64,000 nt of DNA, taken from NCBI RefSeq assembly GCF_963921235.1, contig NC_086108.1, forward strand, positions 16,926,001 through 16,990,000, given 5' to 3'. Shown here in pieces: positions 47,743-61,821 of the stretch. Source of the stretch: Mobula hypostoma. Its lineage: Eukaryota. Both the position numbers and the translations under genes were made by a program. Numbering within the stretch: position 1 is the first letter of the stretch; every line of letters begins with the position of its first letter. The notes under the pieces are model-generated. The model saw only the letters and a list, made by a program, of their open reading frames with translations. It was not told the origin of the DNA and made no database searches.

Positions 47743-50095
47743 ATAGAAACCATAGAAACTACAGCACAGAAACAGGCCTTTTTGCCATTCTTGGCTTTGC
47801 TGAACCATTTTCTGCCTAGTCCCACTGACCTGCACACGGACCATATCCCTCCATACACCTCCCATCCATGTATCTGTCCAATTTATTCTTAAATGTTAAA
47901 AAAGAACCCGCATTTACCACCTCGTCTGGCAGCTCATTCCATACTCCCACCGCTCTCTGTGTGAAGAAGCCCCCCCCCAATGTTCCATAGAACCATAGAA
48001 ACTACAGCACAGAAACAGGCCTTTTGGCCCTTCTTGGCTGTGCCGAACCATTTTCTGCCTAGTCCCACTGATCCGTACATGGACCATATCCCTCCATACA
48101 CCTCCCATCCATGTATCTGTCCAATTTATTCTTAAATGTTAAAAAAAAACCCGCATTTACCACCTCGTCTGGCAGCTCATTCCATACTCCCACCACTCTC
48201 TGTGTGAAGAAGCCCCTCGCTAATGTTCCCTTTAAACTTTCCCCCCCTCACCCATGTCCTCTGTGTGAAGAAGCCCCCCCGCTAATGTTCCCTTTAAACT
48301 TTTCCCCCCTCACCCATGTCCTCTGGTTTTTTTCTCCCCTTGCCTCAGTGGAAAAAGCCTGCTTGCATTCACTCTACCTATACTCATCATAATTTTATAT
48401 ACCTCTATCAAATCTCCCCTCATTCTTCTACGCTCCAGGGAATAAAGTCCTAACCTATTCAACCTTTCTCTGTAACTGAGTTTCTCAAGTCCCGGCAACA
48501 TCCTTGTAAACCTTCTCTGCACTCTTTCAACCTTATTTATATCCTTCCTGTAATTTGGTGACCAAAACTGAACACAATACTCCAGATTTGGCCTCACCAA
48601 TGCCTTATACAACCTCATCATAACATTCCAGCTATTATACTCAAAACTTTGATTAATAAAGGCCAATGTACCAAAAGCTCTCTTTACGACCCTATCTAAC
48701 TGTGACGCCACTTTTAGGGAATTTTGTATCTGTATTCCCAGATCCCTCTGTTCCACTGCACTCCTCAGTGCCTTATCATTAACCCTGTATGTTCTACCTT
48801 GGTTTGTCCTTCCAACATGCGATACCTCACACTTGTCAGTATTAAACTCCATCTGCCATTTTTCAGCCCATTTTTCCAGCTGGTCCAAGTCCCTCTGCAG
48901 GCTCTGAAAACCTTCCTCACTGTCTACTACACCTCCAATCTTTGTATCATCAGCAAATTTGCTGATCTAATTTACCACATTATCATCCAAATCATTGATA
49001 TAGATGACAAATAACAATGGACCCAGCACTGATCCCTGTGGCACACCACTAGTCACAGGCCTCCACTCAGAGAAGCAATTCTCTACTACCACTCTTTGGC
49101 TTCTTCCATTGAGCCAATGTCTAATCCAATTTACCACCTCTCCATGTATACCTAGCAACTGAATTTTCCTAACTAACCTCCCATGCGGGACCTTGTCAAA
49201 GGCCTTACTGAAGTCCATGTAGACAATATCCACTGCCTTCCCTTCATCCACTTTCCTAGTAACCTCCTTGAAAAACTTCAATAGATTGTTCAAACATGAC
49301 CTACCACGTACAAAGCCATGTTGACTCTCCCTAATAAGTCCCTGTCTATCCAAATGCTTGTAGATTCTGTCTCTTAGTACTCCCTCCAATAACTTACCTA
49401 CTACCGGCGTTAAATTTACCGGCCTATAATTTCCCGGATTACTTTTTGATTCTTTTTTAAACAACATGAGCCACTCTCCAATCCTCCGGCACCTCACCTG
49501 TAGACAGCGACATTTTAAATATTTCTGCCAGGGCCCCTGCAATTTCAACACTAGTCTCCTTCAAGGTCTGAGGGAACACCCTGTCAGGTCCCGGGGATTT
49601 ATCCACTTTAATCTTCCTCAAGACAGCAAGGACCTCCTCCTTTTCGATCTGTACAGTTTTCATGATCTCACTACTTGTTTCCCTTAATTCCATAGACTTC
49701 ATGCTAGTTTCCTTAGTAAATACAGACGCAAAAAACCTATTGAAGATCTCCCCTATTTCCTTTGGTTCCGCACATAGCCGACCACTCTGATCTTCAAGAG
49801 GACCAATTTTATCCCTTACAATCCTTTTGCTCTTAATATACCTGTAAAAACTCTTTGGATTATCCTTCACTTTGACTGCCAAGGCAACCTCATGTCTTCT
49901 TTTAGCCCTCCTGATTTCTTTCTTAAGTATTTTCTTGCACTTCTTATACTCCTCAAGCACCTTAATTACTCCCTGTTTCCTATACATGTCATACAACTCC
50001 CTCTTCTTCTTTATCAGAGTTGCAATATCCCTTGAGAACCAAGGTTCCTTATTCCTATTCACCTTGCCTTTAATCCTGACAGGAACATACAAATT
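47743..50095 (-). mobile_element. CR1 LINE with tandemly doubled 3' end
   Basis: ORFs 49457..50092, 48967..49551, 48310..48888 (RT); two 3' UTR + (ATAGAAACC)n tail units starting at 47743 and 47986. Confidence 0.93.
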
Positions 50096-50199
50096 AGTGG
50101 CATAAAAAGTTCTTCTGATCGCTCAATTGTTCTGATATACACCCTGTTACATAACCTTACTACATCTTATGCTGACACCAATCTAACTAAAGTACATTC

Positions 50200-52870
50200 A
50201 ATGTGTAATACTAGATAAATTGACTACAAAAGCATTAACAGATGAATATGATGTAATAGCAGTTACAGAGTTGTGGGTTCAGCATGACCAGGACCAGGAA
50301 CTCAATATTTCAGATAATTCAAGATTCCAAACGAACAGGCAAAAAGTGAAAGGAATTTGGGTGGCTTTGTTAATCAAGGTGGATACTTACATGGTGCTGA
50401 ATAATCAAAAAACGCAGTAGGTTCAAGGTTGCTTAATGCCATTTCCTGTATAGAAGTGTAAAGGAGAACAAAATAATTGTTACTCTGGATTGGATGCAGC
50501 ACACAAAAACACAAAAATAAATAGGATTATTAATACTACTAGATCAGAATACTACTACTAATTAGTTTTGTTAATACTATTCGATTAATACAAGATAAAG
50601 AGCACAAAATAATTTAAAACAACAAAATAAATATAAATACATAAAATAGCTTATATACATAGACTGATGGTATGTCCATAAAGTGACATGAGGCTGTACG
50701 TAAGGTGACTGACAGGAAATAATAGGAGGGGAGGAGAAGATGGCGGCACAATGCAGCGCGCACGGCCGCTCTGAATTGATATCATATTTGTTAAACAGGG
50801 GCCGTGCACAATTCTGATTTGATGGAGACAGACGTGAGAAGCACAGAGGAACATCTAGAGATACTTCTGAAATGCCTGCTTCACTGCCACTGCTACTGTG
50901 TGATCGAGAATCTCCAGAAGGGAAGGCCCCAAATCCTCGGCTTTACCTATTGCCTGTTGCCAGGGCGGGGGTCGAAGCACCCAGCAGAGATGGTCCTCGG
51001 TGTCGGAGGGCTGGTCGGAGGCTCGAAGTTTTCAGATGGACTCAGAGTCGGACTGTGGTCGGGTACTTCCAGGATGCTGCATCAGCAAGTTTGCGGCGCT
51101 GGAAGCTCATGGCAGGAAGAGAGTTCCTCTTCCTTCTACCACCTGCGTGAGATGATGGGACTTTTGAGAGACTTTGAGACTTTTTTTTTACTGTGCCCAT
51201 GGTCTGTTCTTCATCAAATTGTGGTATTGCTTTGCACTGTTGTAACTATATGTTATAATTATGTGGTTTTTGTCAGTCTTTTTTGGTCTTGGTTTGTCTT
51301 GTGTTTCTGTGATATCATTCTGGAGGAACAAATTGTATCATTTCTTAATGCATGCATTACTAAATGACAATAAAAGAGGACTGCGTGTCCTCATAATCTA
51401 ATCTAATCTAATAAAGCAGTGGTGGAGTTATTGATGTTGAATCAGTTCAGATAGAAATAATAAATAGGGGAAAGGAGACACAAGTAGGAGTTGTCTATAG
51501 GTCCCATTGTGTTGGTTCATAAATGGACAAAGCAATGAGGAAATAACAAAAATTGAAACAGCAATTATTATGGGTGATTTTAATTTGCATATTGATTTGA
51601 CTAATCAAACAGGTCAGGGTACGTGGAAGAAGTTTTTTTTATAGTGTGATAAGGATTGTTTCTTGGAGCAGAATGCTATACAAACTACCCAGAAGCAGGC
51701 TACTTTAGATTTGATCGTATGTAATGACATTGGAGTAATAAAAATATTGCTGTTTGGAATTTATGGGAAATTAGTTGTCACAACGTGGTCGGAGTCTGGA
51801 TGCAGTGTGCAGTTGAACACCCATGATCCATAACTAATGTCCTCAAATAAGGGCAATTACAAAGGTCTGAAGTTAAAGTTGTCCGGAGTGGACTAGATAA
51901 ATAGGCCAAAAGAGACTTCAGTAGATGAGCAGTGACAGATTTTGAAACAGCTGGTTCATTAAGTTTAGCAGGAATTTGTCCCAGTAGGAAAAAGGGATTC
52001 CATGATCTACCATGAAGGATGTGGAAGCTAGTGAGTTCAGGGATAGGAACATTGGAGTTTATTAATACTACTAAGGAGGAAGTGTTGAAGTTCTTGAAAC
52101 ATGTAATGGTTGATAAATCCCTGGGAGCTGACTAGGTGTAACCTAGTATTTAGACGAAAGAAGAGAGAAGATTGCTGGGGCTTCAGTAAGTAACTTCATT
52201 TGCCATAGGTGATCCAGTGGAAAATGAGGATAACTAATGTTGTGCCATTATTTAAGAAGGCCAACAGGAATAAGTCAGGGAAGTAGTGGGTGGGAAAGTC
52301 AGTGGGAAAATTATTTGAAAGGATTCTGAGGGGCAGAATGTATTTGTATTTATAAAGGCAAGGACTCATTGGCATTAGTCAACATGTTTTTTTTCCCATG
52401 GGAAATCATGTCTCATGAATTTGATCGAGTTTTTTGAGGAAGTGACCAAGAACATTGATGAGGACATGAAGTTTAGCAAGGCATTTAACAAGGTCTCACA
52501 CAGCAGGATGTGCTAACAAACTAGATGCAAAGCTGCTTAGTAGTAGGACAGACAGGATGGTGGATAAAGGGTGAGTTTTCAGACTTAAGGCCTGTGACTG
52601 GCTGAGTAAAGCTGGTTCCTCTGTGGTTTACCATATAAACAACAGAAAGAGAATGTAGCTGGCATAATTAGTAAATTTGCAGATGACACCAAAACTGGTC
52701 GTGTACTGGACAGTGAAGAAGGCTGACCAAGGTTATAACAGGATGTAGATCAACTTGGAAAGAGGACAAGGAAATGGCAGGTGGAATTTAACTGGGACAA
52801 GTTAGAAGTGATACATCTTTTTGGGAAATTAAACCATGGCAGGACATACTTAGTGAATGGCGAGTCCTGT
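50200..52870 (+). mobile_element. Old, heavily decayed CR1 with nested insertions
   Basis: [44 protein letters not shown] remnants. Confidence 0.75.
50725..51409 (+). mobile_element. Short non-autonomous retroposon (GC-rich head, Rex1-type tail)
   Basis: Head GGAGGGGAGGAGAAGATGGCGGC; AATAAA and (AATCT)n tail; short AATA duplication on the flanks. Confidence 0.65.
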
Positions 52871-52944
52871 TAGGGTACAAGTACATCATCATCATTATGT
52901 ACCATGTCGTATGATGTAACGAACATGGTCTCATAACCTCTCCG

Positions 52945-53558
52945 ACGTAGATTGGGAGACCGCTTCACCAAGCATCTACACTCTATTTGCCAGAACATGC
53001 AGGATCTTCCAGTGGCCACCCATTTTAATTGCACTTCCCATTTCCATTCCGATATGCCCATCCATGGCCTCCGCCACTGTCGGGATAAGGCCACACTTAG
53101 GCTGGAGGAACAACACCCACCTTGTATTCCATTTGGGTAGCCTCCAATCTGATAGTACGAACATCAATTTCGCAGACTTCCAGTAATGTCTCCTCCCCAC
53201 CCTCCTCCACCATTTTCCATACCCTTGTCCCTCTCTCACGTTATCTCCTTGCCCACCCATCACCTTCCTCTGGTGCTCCTCTCCTGCCCCCTCCCCTTTT
53301 TTCTTTCTTCCATGGCCTTCCATGTCTTTCACGGATCAACTTTCCAGCTCTTTGCTTCATCCCTCTTCCTCCCAAGTTTCACCTGTCCCCTGGTGTTTCT
53401 CTCTCCCCTCTCCCCACCTTTCAAATCTACTCCTCAGCTTTTTTTCTCCAGTCCTGCCAAAGTCTGCACTTTTTTCCATAGATGCTGCCTGGTCTGCTGA
53501 GTTCTTCCAACATTTTGTGTGTGTTGCTTGGATTTCCATCATCTGCAGATTTCCTCTT
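52945..53558 (+). mobile_element. Penelope-like element 3' fragment (GIY-YIG C-terminus + terminus)
   Basis: RRLGDRFTKHLHSI..DLPVATHFN..RLEEQH; the hammerhead region is deleted. Confidence 0.85.
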
Positions 53559-53559
53559 T

Positions 53560-54280
53560 CCAGTCAGTAAAGGCTCCTTTTATTCCTACTCTTTGTCTCC
53601 TGTCAATCAGCCACTGCTTTATCCATGTTAAAATTTTTCCTGTAATACCATGGGCTCATAGATTATTTAGCAGGTTCATATGTGGCACCTTGCCAAAGGC
53701 CTCCTGAAAATCCAGGTATATAACATCAATCAAGTCTCCTTTGTCTATTCTGCTTGTTATTTCTTCAAATAATTCCAACAAATCTGTCAGGCAAGATTTT
53801 CCCTTGAAACCATGCTGACTACAGCCTATTTTATCATCCTCAACAATCGACTTCAACATCTTCCACCACTAGTCTATAGTTTCATTTCTTCTGCCTCTCC
53901 CTTCTTGAAGAGTGGAGTGACATTTACATTATTCCAGTTTTCTGGAACCATTCCAGAATCTAGTGATTCCTGAAAGACCATTACTAATCCCTCCACAATC
54001 TCTTCAGCCACCTCTTTCTGAACCCTGGGGTGTACAGGTGGACTTACTAATCTAACTTCAGACCTTTCAGTTTCCCAAGAACCGCTGACACCTGTAACTT
54101 CCATCATATCGCTAGTGTGAAGACTGATGCAAAATACTTATTCAGTTCATCCACCATTCCCTTGTCCCCCGTTACTACCTTTCCAGAATCATTTTCCATC
54201 AGTCGGATATCCACTCTCGCCTCTTTTACACTTTATGTATCTGAAGATAACTTTTGGTATTCTTTTTAATATTTTCATCT
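53560..54280 (-). mobile_element. CR1 fragment
   Basis: SQHGFKGKSCLTDLLE, YLDFQEAFGKVPH, VTPLFKKG. Confidence 0.85.
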
Positions 54281-55609
54281 GATTCAGACAGTATTAAAAG
54301 TTAATTCAATAGTTAAATAGTTCAATGGTTCCATTTACTATCAGAGATTGTATACACTATACAACCTGAAATTATTGTTCTCTGCAGACATCTAACAAAA
54401 AATAAATGAGTGCCCCAAAGAATGAGTGATAGTAAAAGTATTAGAACCCCAAAGCCCTCAACTGCCCCCTCCATAACACAGGCTTCAGCAAAGCAATGGC
54501 CCTCCCCCCCACTTATTTCAGCAAAAAAAAATCAACACCCTCCACCCACCAAGCAAGCAATAGTAAAGCCTCCAAGAAAGATCATGATTTGCAGTATACG
54601 AAAACGAATTGTTCACCTGACAATTTGACAGACCACAAACTCTTTCTCCCTAATAAGGAGACAGAGAGGTGCCACACAGCATAAGGGGAGACTAACAAGA
54701 CTAAAAAAAACACTTGCTGATTTTCAGTGTTAAAGTTTGCCGTGTCGCTTTTCTCCCCCCAGGGACTCTGATGACAGAGACAGAATTAGCTCTTCTCCAA
54801 GGTCACAATAGCCTCGGTACCTCAAAGGTGCACTCGTCTTCTAGGCCACATCCTTGGGATATCAAAAAACAGCTGGACAGTGAGTTCTGGGAGCGCATTC
54901 CATCACCGCAAAAAACTGGAGTTTGAGTGTAGCTCTAGGTCAAGGCCTTCAACAGAACTCCAACCACCTTGAAAAGGAAAAAAAGAGACACTAAAGGTAG
55001 GAATTAGCTGTTTCTGCAGGTGAGCTTGAATAAGTTGCTGTCTGGCACCATTGTATCACTATTGAAAACTATCCTGGGATTTCATCGTACTGCATCAAAT
55101 AGACTACAAACTCTTGAGGAAGTTTATTTTCAGGATAGAGGGTAGGGCACAAAAAAAAAGCGAAGGTCTGGCATCAGGAAAACTGCAAAAGACAAAAAGG
55201 AGTGTGGTGGAGGGAGAGTGGGGAATCAAGGGGAAAAAAGGAGGATGATGGGTGCCTGGAGAAAAGGAGAGTAGAGATCGATTGGTAAAATGGGGCTTTC
55301 AGGAGTGAGAGAGATCTGAGAAGGGATGGGAGGATGAAGAGTGAGAGAACTCAGGAAAGGTGCAGGGAAAAATTCAAGTTGATTTTATTGACAGATGTAC
55401 AAGTACGGTGAAGTACAGAGACTCTGAAAAACTGGCTTGTAGCAGCATCACAGATTCAGCCAACAACACACACAGCACAGGTTGTACATAAATTATACAA
55501 GACAATGAAGGAAAAATAGACTGTACAAAACAAGACTTCAGTGCAAAGATAAACAAAAGTAGTGCAAGAGATGGTCGATTGTGTTCCATTGCTGAGGTAG
55601 AATTAGGAT

Positions 55610-58600
55610 TGTGAGAAGAGGATAGTTAGGACCGAAATGCTGGAGTATCTGAGGCTGGAATTGAGACAGGATACTAGATAGAAACAAGAACTGAGTACTT
55701 AGCAAGTCGCTAGATGATAATCCAAGTAAAGTTTATGATTGAGCACTGGGGCTCGTTCAGGTGCTCAATTTAAATGCTGAATTCTTGGTGCCAAAACATG
55801 ATTGTCAATTAACAGGACGGTCCTGTACCCTTGAAGGGACTGCACTATCTATCCATATTACGGATAGAGCATCTAAATCTCAGAAGCTGGCGCTTTTGGG
55901 GGCACCTTGTAACAGGACCCCCTCGCATATGGCTGACTCTTGACAACCCTGGCTGCTCGGAGAGACAATGATGGTAGTTGTGGATGAGAACCTGATCCAA
56001 GATGTCTTTCAGGCACCCAATACCTTTCCTTGGGTCTGAATCCTTCCCAGTCCATGAGGTATTGCCGAACATCCCAAACAGTTTGTGAGTCCAAATTTCT
56101 TCTCACTGTGAAGACCTGTTCCCTATCAATAAACCTGGTTGCTGATGGGGCTAGGGGACTGGTGCTGACAAGTTTTAATAAAGCAATATGGAGGGAGGGA
56201 TTGATCCTCAGGGTCTTGGGAGCTGCAAGGTGTAAGCTACAGGGTTTACTTTCTAGAGGGTCTTGAAGGGTCTGATGAATTGGGGTGGCAATGTTCTAGA
56301 CTCCAGGGAGTCAAATCGTGAGTGGACAGCCAGACCTATCATCCAGGCTGCAAGGCAGGCCCCCGTCTTTTCTGATTAGCCTTGGTTTCCACCTTCCAGA
56401 TAGTGCCAGCAAAAGCTCCGTTGTCCTAATCCATTCTACTTGCAGCTTTGGACAAGTTCTATGGCCGCAGGAACCCCGGCCTCAGCCTCCTGCTCAGCCA
56501 AGAGTGCAGAGAATACCCAAACTGGCACTCGAATGGTGGCATCCCATGTACTGAATGCTGTAAGGTGTTGTGGGCAGTCTTTGTCCACATCAAAAAATTG
56601 TATGACTCACCAGGTCTTTCTGAGACTAGGTATCTGAGGGTTCATTCCAAATCTTGATTGACTTGTTCTGTCTGGCCGTTGGACTGTAGGTTAAACCCAG
56701 AGGAGAGGCTTGCTGTTGCCCCAATCAGTTTACAGAATGGCCTCCAGAAGCATGTGAATTGTGGACTGCGATCTGTGACTACATCCACAGAAAAACTATG
56801 GATTCCAAAGATCTGGTCCAGGACAATTTCGGCCGTTTCTGCTGTAGATGGTAGCTTGTCCAAGGCAGTGAATCTGCAGGCCTTTAAAAACCAATCAACA
56901 ATTACCATGATGACAGTCTTCCCTTTGGAAGGTGGAAGACCTGTGACAAAGTCCATGGAGGTGTGCGCCCATAGTCTGTCCAGAACAGGTAGAGGATGGA
57001 GGAGCCCTTAAGGTTAGGTACAGGGCTCCTTGTTCTGGGTGCACACCTTGCATGCCTGCATGTATTGTTGAACCTCTTTCACCATTCTGAGCCACCAATA
57101 CCTCCTCTTGATGAACTCAATCCCTGAGCGGTCATTCTCGATGTGACCTGACGGAGCTTGAGACAAGCATTCGAGCTGAAGGACCATCTTTAGTCTTCCC
57201 TTGTGCTTGTGAATTGAATTGAATTGACTTTATTTCTTACATCCTTCACATACATGAGGAGTAAAAAATCTTTGTTACGTCTCCGTCTAAATGTGCAATG
57301 TGCAATCATAGTAATTTATAATAAATAGAACAGTTAATGAAACATAGAAATACACTCAAATCAGTGTGAGTTAATCAAAGTGATGGCCTGGTGGAAGAAG
57401 CTTTTATGCTGTGGTACCGTTTCCCAGATGGTAGCAGCTGGAGTAGATTGTGGTTGGGGTGATTCGGGTCCCCAGTGATCCTCTGGGCACTTGTTGCACA
57501 CCTGTCTTTGTGAATGTCCTGAATCATAGGAGGTTCACAACTACAGATGCACTGGGATGTCGGCACCACTCTCTGCAAAATCCTGCCATTAAGGGAGGTA
57601 CAGTTCCCATACCAGGCAGTGATGCAGCCAATCAGGATACTCTCAATTGTGCTCCCGTAGAAAGTTCTGTGCCTTGCGAATGAGCTTGCTGATTCCCCAA
57701 TGGATTGGTGCTATGACCTTGACTTGAGGCAAAATGATGGTAAGCTGCTCCTCTCCTTCGCGTTCATTGGACCAACAAGACAAGGCATCTGGTTTTTGAT
57801 TCTTTGACCCCGGTCAATAGGTCAGGTCAAAGTTAAAACAGTTAAAGAAAAGAGATCTACATGGCCTGCCTGGAGTTCAGTCTCTTGGCCTCCAGAATAT
57901 AAAGCAGGTTCTTGTGGTCTGTCCAAACAATAAAAGGGTTCTTGACCCCTCCCCCTCAAGCCAATGACGCCATTCCTCCAATACCAACTTAACTGCTAGT
58001 AGCTCCTGATTCCTAATGTTGTAGTTCCTCTCTGCTGGGGATAGCTGTCTGGCAAAGAATGTACACGTGCGCAGTTTACTGTCCAAAGGTAACTGTTGAG
58101 ACACAGCACCCACTCTAATGATAAAGGGACGGCCCGGGTTAGGTGAAACCAAGATGGGGCTGATGTGAACCGCTGTTCAAGCTCTGCAAAAAACAGCCCC
58201 CACTTTGGTAGTCCAGACAAAGTGGATTTCTTAGTTAGAACCGTAGGCAGAGCTGCCACCGAGCTGAAGTTCCTGATGAACTTCCAGTAAAAGTTAGCAT
58301 ACTGTTGGACTTGTTTGATGCTGGATGGTTGGGCCATTCTCTGACTGCCTGGTCTTGATAGAGTCCGTCTTGAGATTGCCATTGGAGATAATGAAACCCA
58401 AAAATAGAACAGTCGTCACGCGAAATTCGGACTTCCCCAGCTTGACATAAAGTCCGTGGTCTAAAAGTTTTTTTAAAAATGTCCATGACGTGAACAACAT
58501 GCTGCTCCATGGACTTTGAGAAGATTAGGATATCATCCGAGTAGACGAAGGCACACTTATGAAGAGTATCTTGGAGCACGTGATTTATAAAGGACTGAGA

Positions 58601-58702
58601 AACTGCTGGAGCATTGCAAGGTTGAAGAGCATAACCAGATACATGTAGTGCCCTGTCAGTGTATTGAATACAGTCTTCCCTAATATGGACCAGATTGTAC
58701 AA
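55610..58702 (-). mobile_element. Gypsy chromovirus-type LTR retrotransposon remnant (RT, RNase H, integrase, chromodomain, PPT, partial 3' LTR)
   Basis: [74 protein letters not shown] (55924-55915) followed by TGTTACA. Confidence 0.9.
57210..57665 (-). mobile_element. Rex1 3' fragment nested in Gypsy
   Basis: LLQLLPSGKRYHSIKA; (GAATT)n tail at 57210-57226. Confidence 0.85.
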
Positions 58703-58932
58703 GAATTTTGAAAGCCGCCGATGTTGGTTCTGCTCGTAGCAAAGTGTTCTCTCTTAGTCTGCATCCAATAATGGATAAAATGGAAAGTCTATTGCTTGAG
58801 TGGATTGATGGGTGTACAAAGCGTGGTGTTCCATTAAGTTTTCTTATACTTAAGGAGAAATCAGTCAGTCTTTTTAATAAGCTGAAACAGAAAGCACTGG
58901 ACGATGGTGATGAAAGTGTTGCGAAAGTGGAA
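58703..58932 (+). pseudogene. Tigger transposase CENP-B HTH fragment
   Basis: MDKMESLLLEWIDGCTKRGVPLSFLILKEKSVSLFNKL. Confidence 0.75.
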
Positions 58933-60401
58933 GCGGGCCGAGCGACTCTGAGGCTGGCCAGGGGTCTACATGTAGAATTTCTTGTGTTCTTGAGGTTATC
59001 CTTCAGTTATCTAGGGCATTATTGCAACAGTATCTGGAGTTGTATACTACTGGTCTCCTTATTTAAGATAGGATGTTAAGGCATTTGTTCAATGAAGATT
59101 TACAAGACTAATATCTACAATATTTTGGACAGGCCAACATGGTATTGACTGGAGTTTAAATGAGTTGGTGATGGTGTTGGGGGGGGGGGTGCTGTTGATA
59201 GAAAAATATGAAATGCTGAAGAGTTCTGCCAAGATACAAGTGCAATAGATATTTACTTTAATGGGAGAAACTGGAACAAGAATTAATCATTTATAAGCAA
59301 GGGATTACCCATTTATGACAGCAATGAGAAGATTTTTTTTCTCTGTCTTGTATGTATTTGCAACTCTTCCTCAAAAGGAAATAGACACATAGTCTTTGAC
59401 TCATTTTAAGGCCAAGATATAGAGATTGTGACAGATTAACATGTGAGTGAATAGTTACAAGGGAATGTGGTATTGAGGTTACAAACAGATTAGCCTTGGA
59501 GCAGTCCTTGGGAGCCAAGTAACCTCATCCTCCTCCTAATTTATATCATTTTGTATGATGCATTGTCTCTGTTTTCTAAACTATTTTTGCGTCTGATACT
59601 TTGTGATTTATAGTGTAATCTTCTTACCAGGGCTCATATACAGACTTGGCTCATTAGCTAACTCTGCTAACAGCCATGTGACTCAGCGGTGAGAAGGCTA
59701 TCTTTTATAAATAATATACGTCTAGGGTCTGTCTGAGATGGGGTTCAACCAAACAAGAATGTCATAATGTTCTGATTAAAGGAAACTTGATTTGAGTGAA
59801 AGCTGTGTAAATACTGCCTATACACAGTCATTGGTAGCTCAGAAATGACAGATAGTACACTAGCATAAAATGATAAAGAAAGTATATTTGCCAAATATGC
59901 AACTTTAACAAACAGTTACAGGAAAAAAAGAAAAGTAAAATAAAAAGGCCCCTTAAGTTAAACCAGTCCAATGTGCACATAACTTTGGAGCTGATACTGG
60001 AGTATTCATGGGTGTAACTGTTACTTATGCACTGGACCCATGGTCTGCGTGAAAGCACCCGCCACCCTCTGAAATCCCCTTAAAGATATTTCAAACGAAC
60101 TGGCTCTCTATCTGGAATATTGGACATTCCTCCTTGGAGCCATTCATCTGCACAAAGCATTTCTTGCAATGGAGACTCTCCTTCTAATGATATTTTGTGG
60201 CATCTTCCCTTGTGCTCCACTTCACAGCTCCTGCCAAAAAACCCCCAGTCCAGATTACTGTTCTTCAGAAAACTCTTCCCTACAGGTCTCTAGAACCTCC
60301 TCTCACATTTTACCATCCTGATTGGCTGATTCACATTCCTATTTTGGATAACATGGTGATGTCAACATTATCTTAGCCAAAGCCAAACCACACTTTCCAA
60401 C

Positions 60402-61821
60402 AAGCAACACACATCAAAGTTGCTGGTGAACACAGCAGGCCAGGCAGCATCTCTAGAAAGAGGTACAGTCGATGTTTCAGGCCAAAACCCTTCGTCAGGA
60501 CTAACTGAAGGAAGTTAGTAAGAGATTTGAAAGTGGGAGGGGGAGGGGGATATCCAAAATGATAGGAGAACACAGGAGGGGGAGGGATGGAGTCAAGAGG
60601 TTGACTGGCAAAGGGGATATGAGAGGAGGCCCGGGGAGAAAGACAAGGTGGGGGGAACCCAGAGGATGGGCGAGGACAGAGGGAGAAAAAGGAGAGTGAG
60701 AGAAAGAATGTGTGTATAAAAATAAATAACAGATGGGGTACGAGGGGGAGGTGGGGCATTAGCGTAAGTTAGAGAAGTCAATGTTCATGTCACCAGGTTG
60801 GAGGCTACCCTGACGGAATATAAGGTGTTGTTCCTCCAACCTGAGTGTGGCTTCATCTTGACAGTAGAGGAGGCCGTGGATAGACATATCAGAATGGGAA
60901 TGGGACGTGGAATTAAAATGTATGGCCACTGGGAGATCCTGCTTTCTCTGGCGGACAAAGCATAGGTGTTCAGCGAAATGGTCTCCCAGCCTGCGTTGGG
61001 TCTCGCCAATATATAGAAGGCCACATTGGGAGCACTGGACGCAGGGCCCCAGACAGTCCTTCCAGGTGAGGCGACACTTCACCTGTGAGTTGGCTGGGGT
61101 GATATACTGCGTCCGGTGCTCCTGATATGGCCTTCTATATATTGGCGAGACCCGACGCAGACTGGGAGACCGCTTTGCTGAACATCTACGCTCTGTCCGT
61201 CAGAGAAAGTAGGATCTCCCAGTGGCCACACATTTTAATTCCACATCCCATTTCCATTCTGACATGTCTATCCACGGCCTCCCCTACTGTAAAGATGAAG
61301 CCACACTCAGGTTGGAGGAACAACACCTTATATTCCGTCTGGGTAGCCTCCAACCTGATGGCATGAACACTGACTTCTCTATCTTCCGCTAATGCCCCAC
61401 CTCCCCCCCGTACCCCATCTGTTATTTATTTTTATACACACATTCTTTCTCTCGCTCTCCTTTTTCTCCCTCTGTCCCTCTGACTATATCCCTTGCCCAT
61501 CCTCTGGGTTCCCCCCCACCCTTGTCTTTCTCCCCGGGCCTCCTGTCCATGATCCTCTCATATCCCTTTTGCCAATCACCTGTCCAGCTCTTGGCTCCAT
61601 CCCTCCCCCTCCTGTCTTCTCCCATCATTTTGGATATCCCCTTCCCCCTCCCACTTCCAAATCTCTTACTAACTTCCTTCAGTTAGTTCTGACGAAGGGT
61701 CTGGGCCTGAAACATCGACTGTACCTCTTCCTAGAGATGCTGCCTGGCCTGCTGCGTTCACCAGCAACTTTGATGTGTGTTGCTTGAATTTCCAGCATCT
61801 GCAGAATTCCTGGTGTTTGCG
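60402..61821. mobile_element. Penelope-like element, two 3' halves in inverted arrangement
   Basis: GIY-YIG remnants (GVIYCVRCS, LLYIGETQRRLGDHFAEH..RLEEQHLIFR) on both strands; junction ~61041; flanking TTCCAAC duplication (60395-60401 / 61822-61828); hammerhead motifs at 60467-60502 (-) and 61685-61720 (+). Confidence 0.92.

Noticed and set aside
50804..51367. 187-aa ORF as a host gene
   Set aside because: It lies wholly within a short retroposon, has no recognisable domain and uses a non-ATG start.
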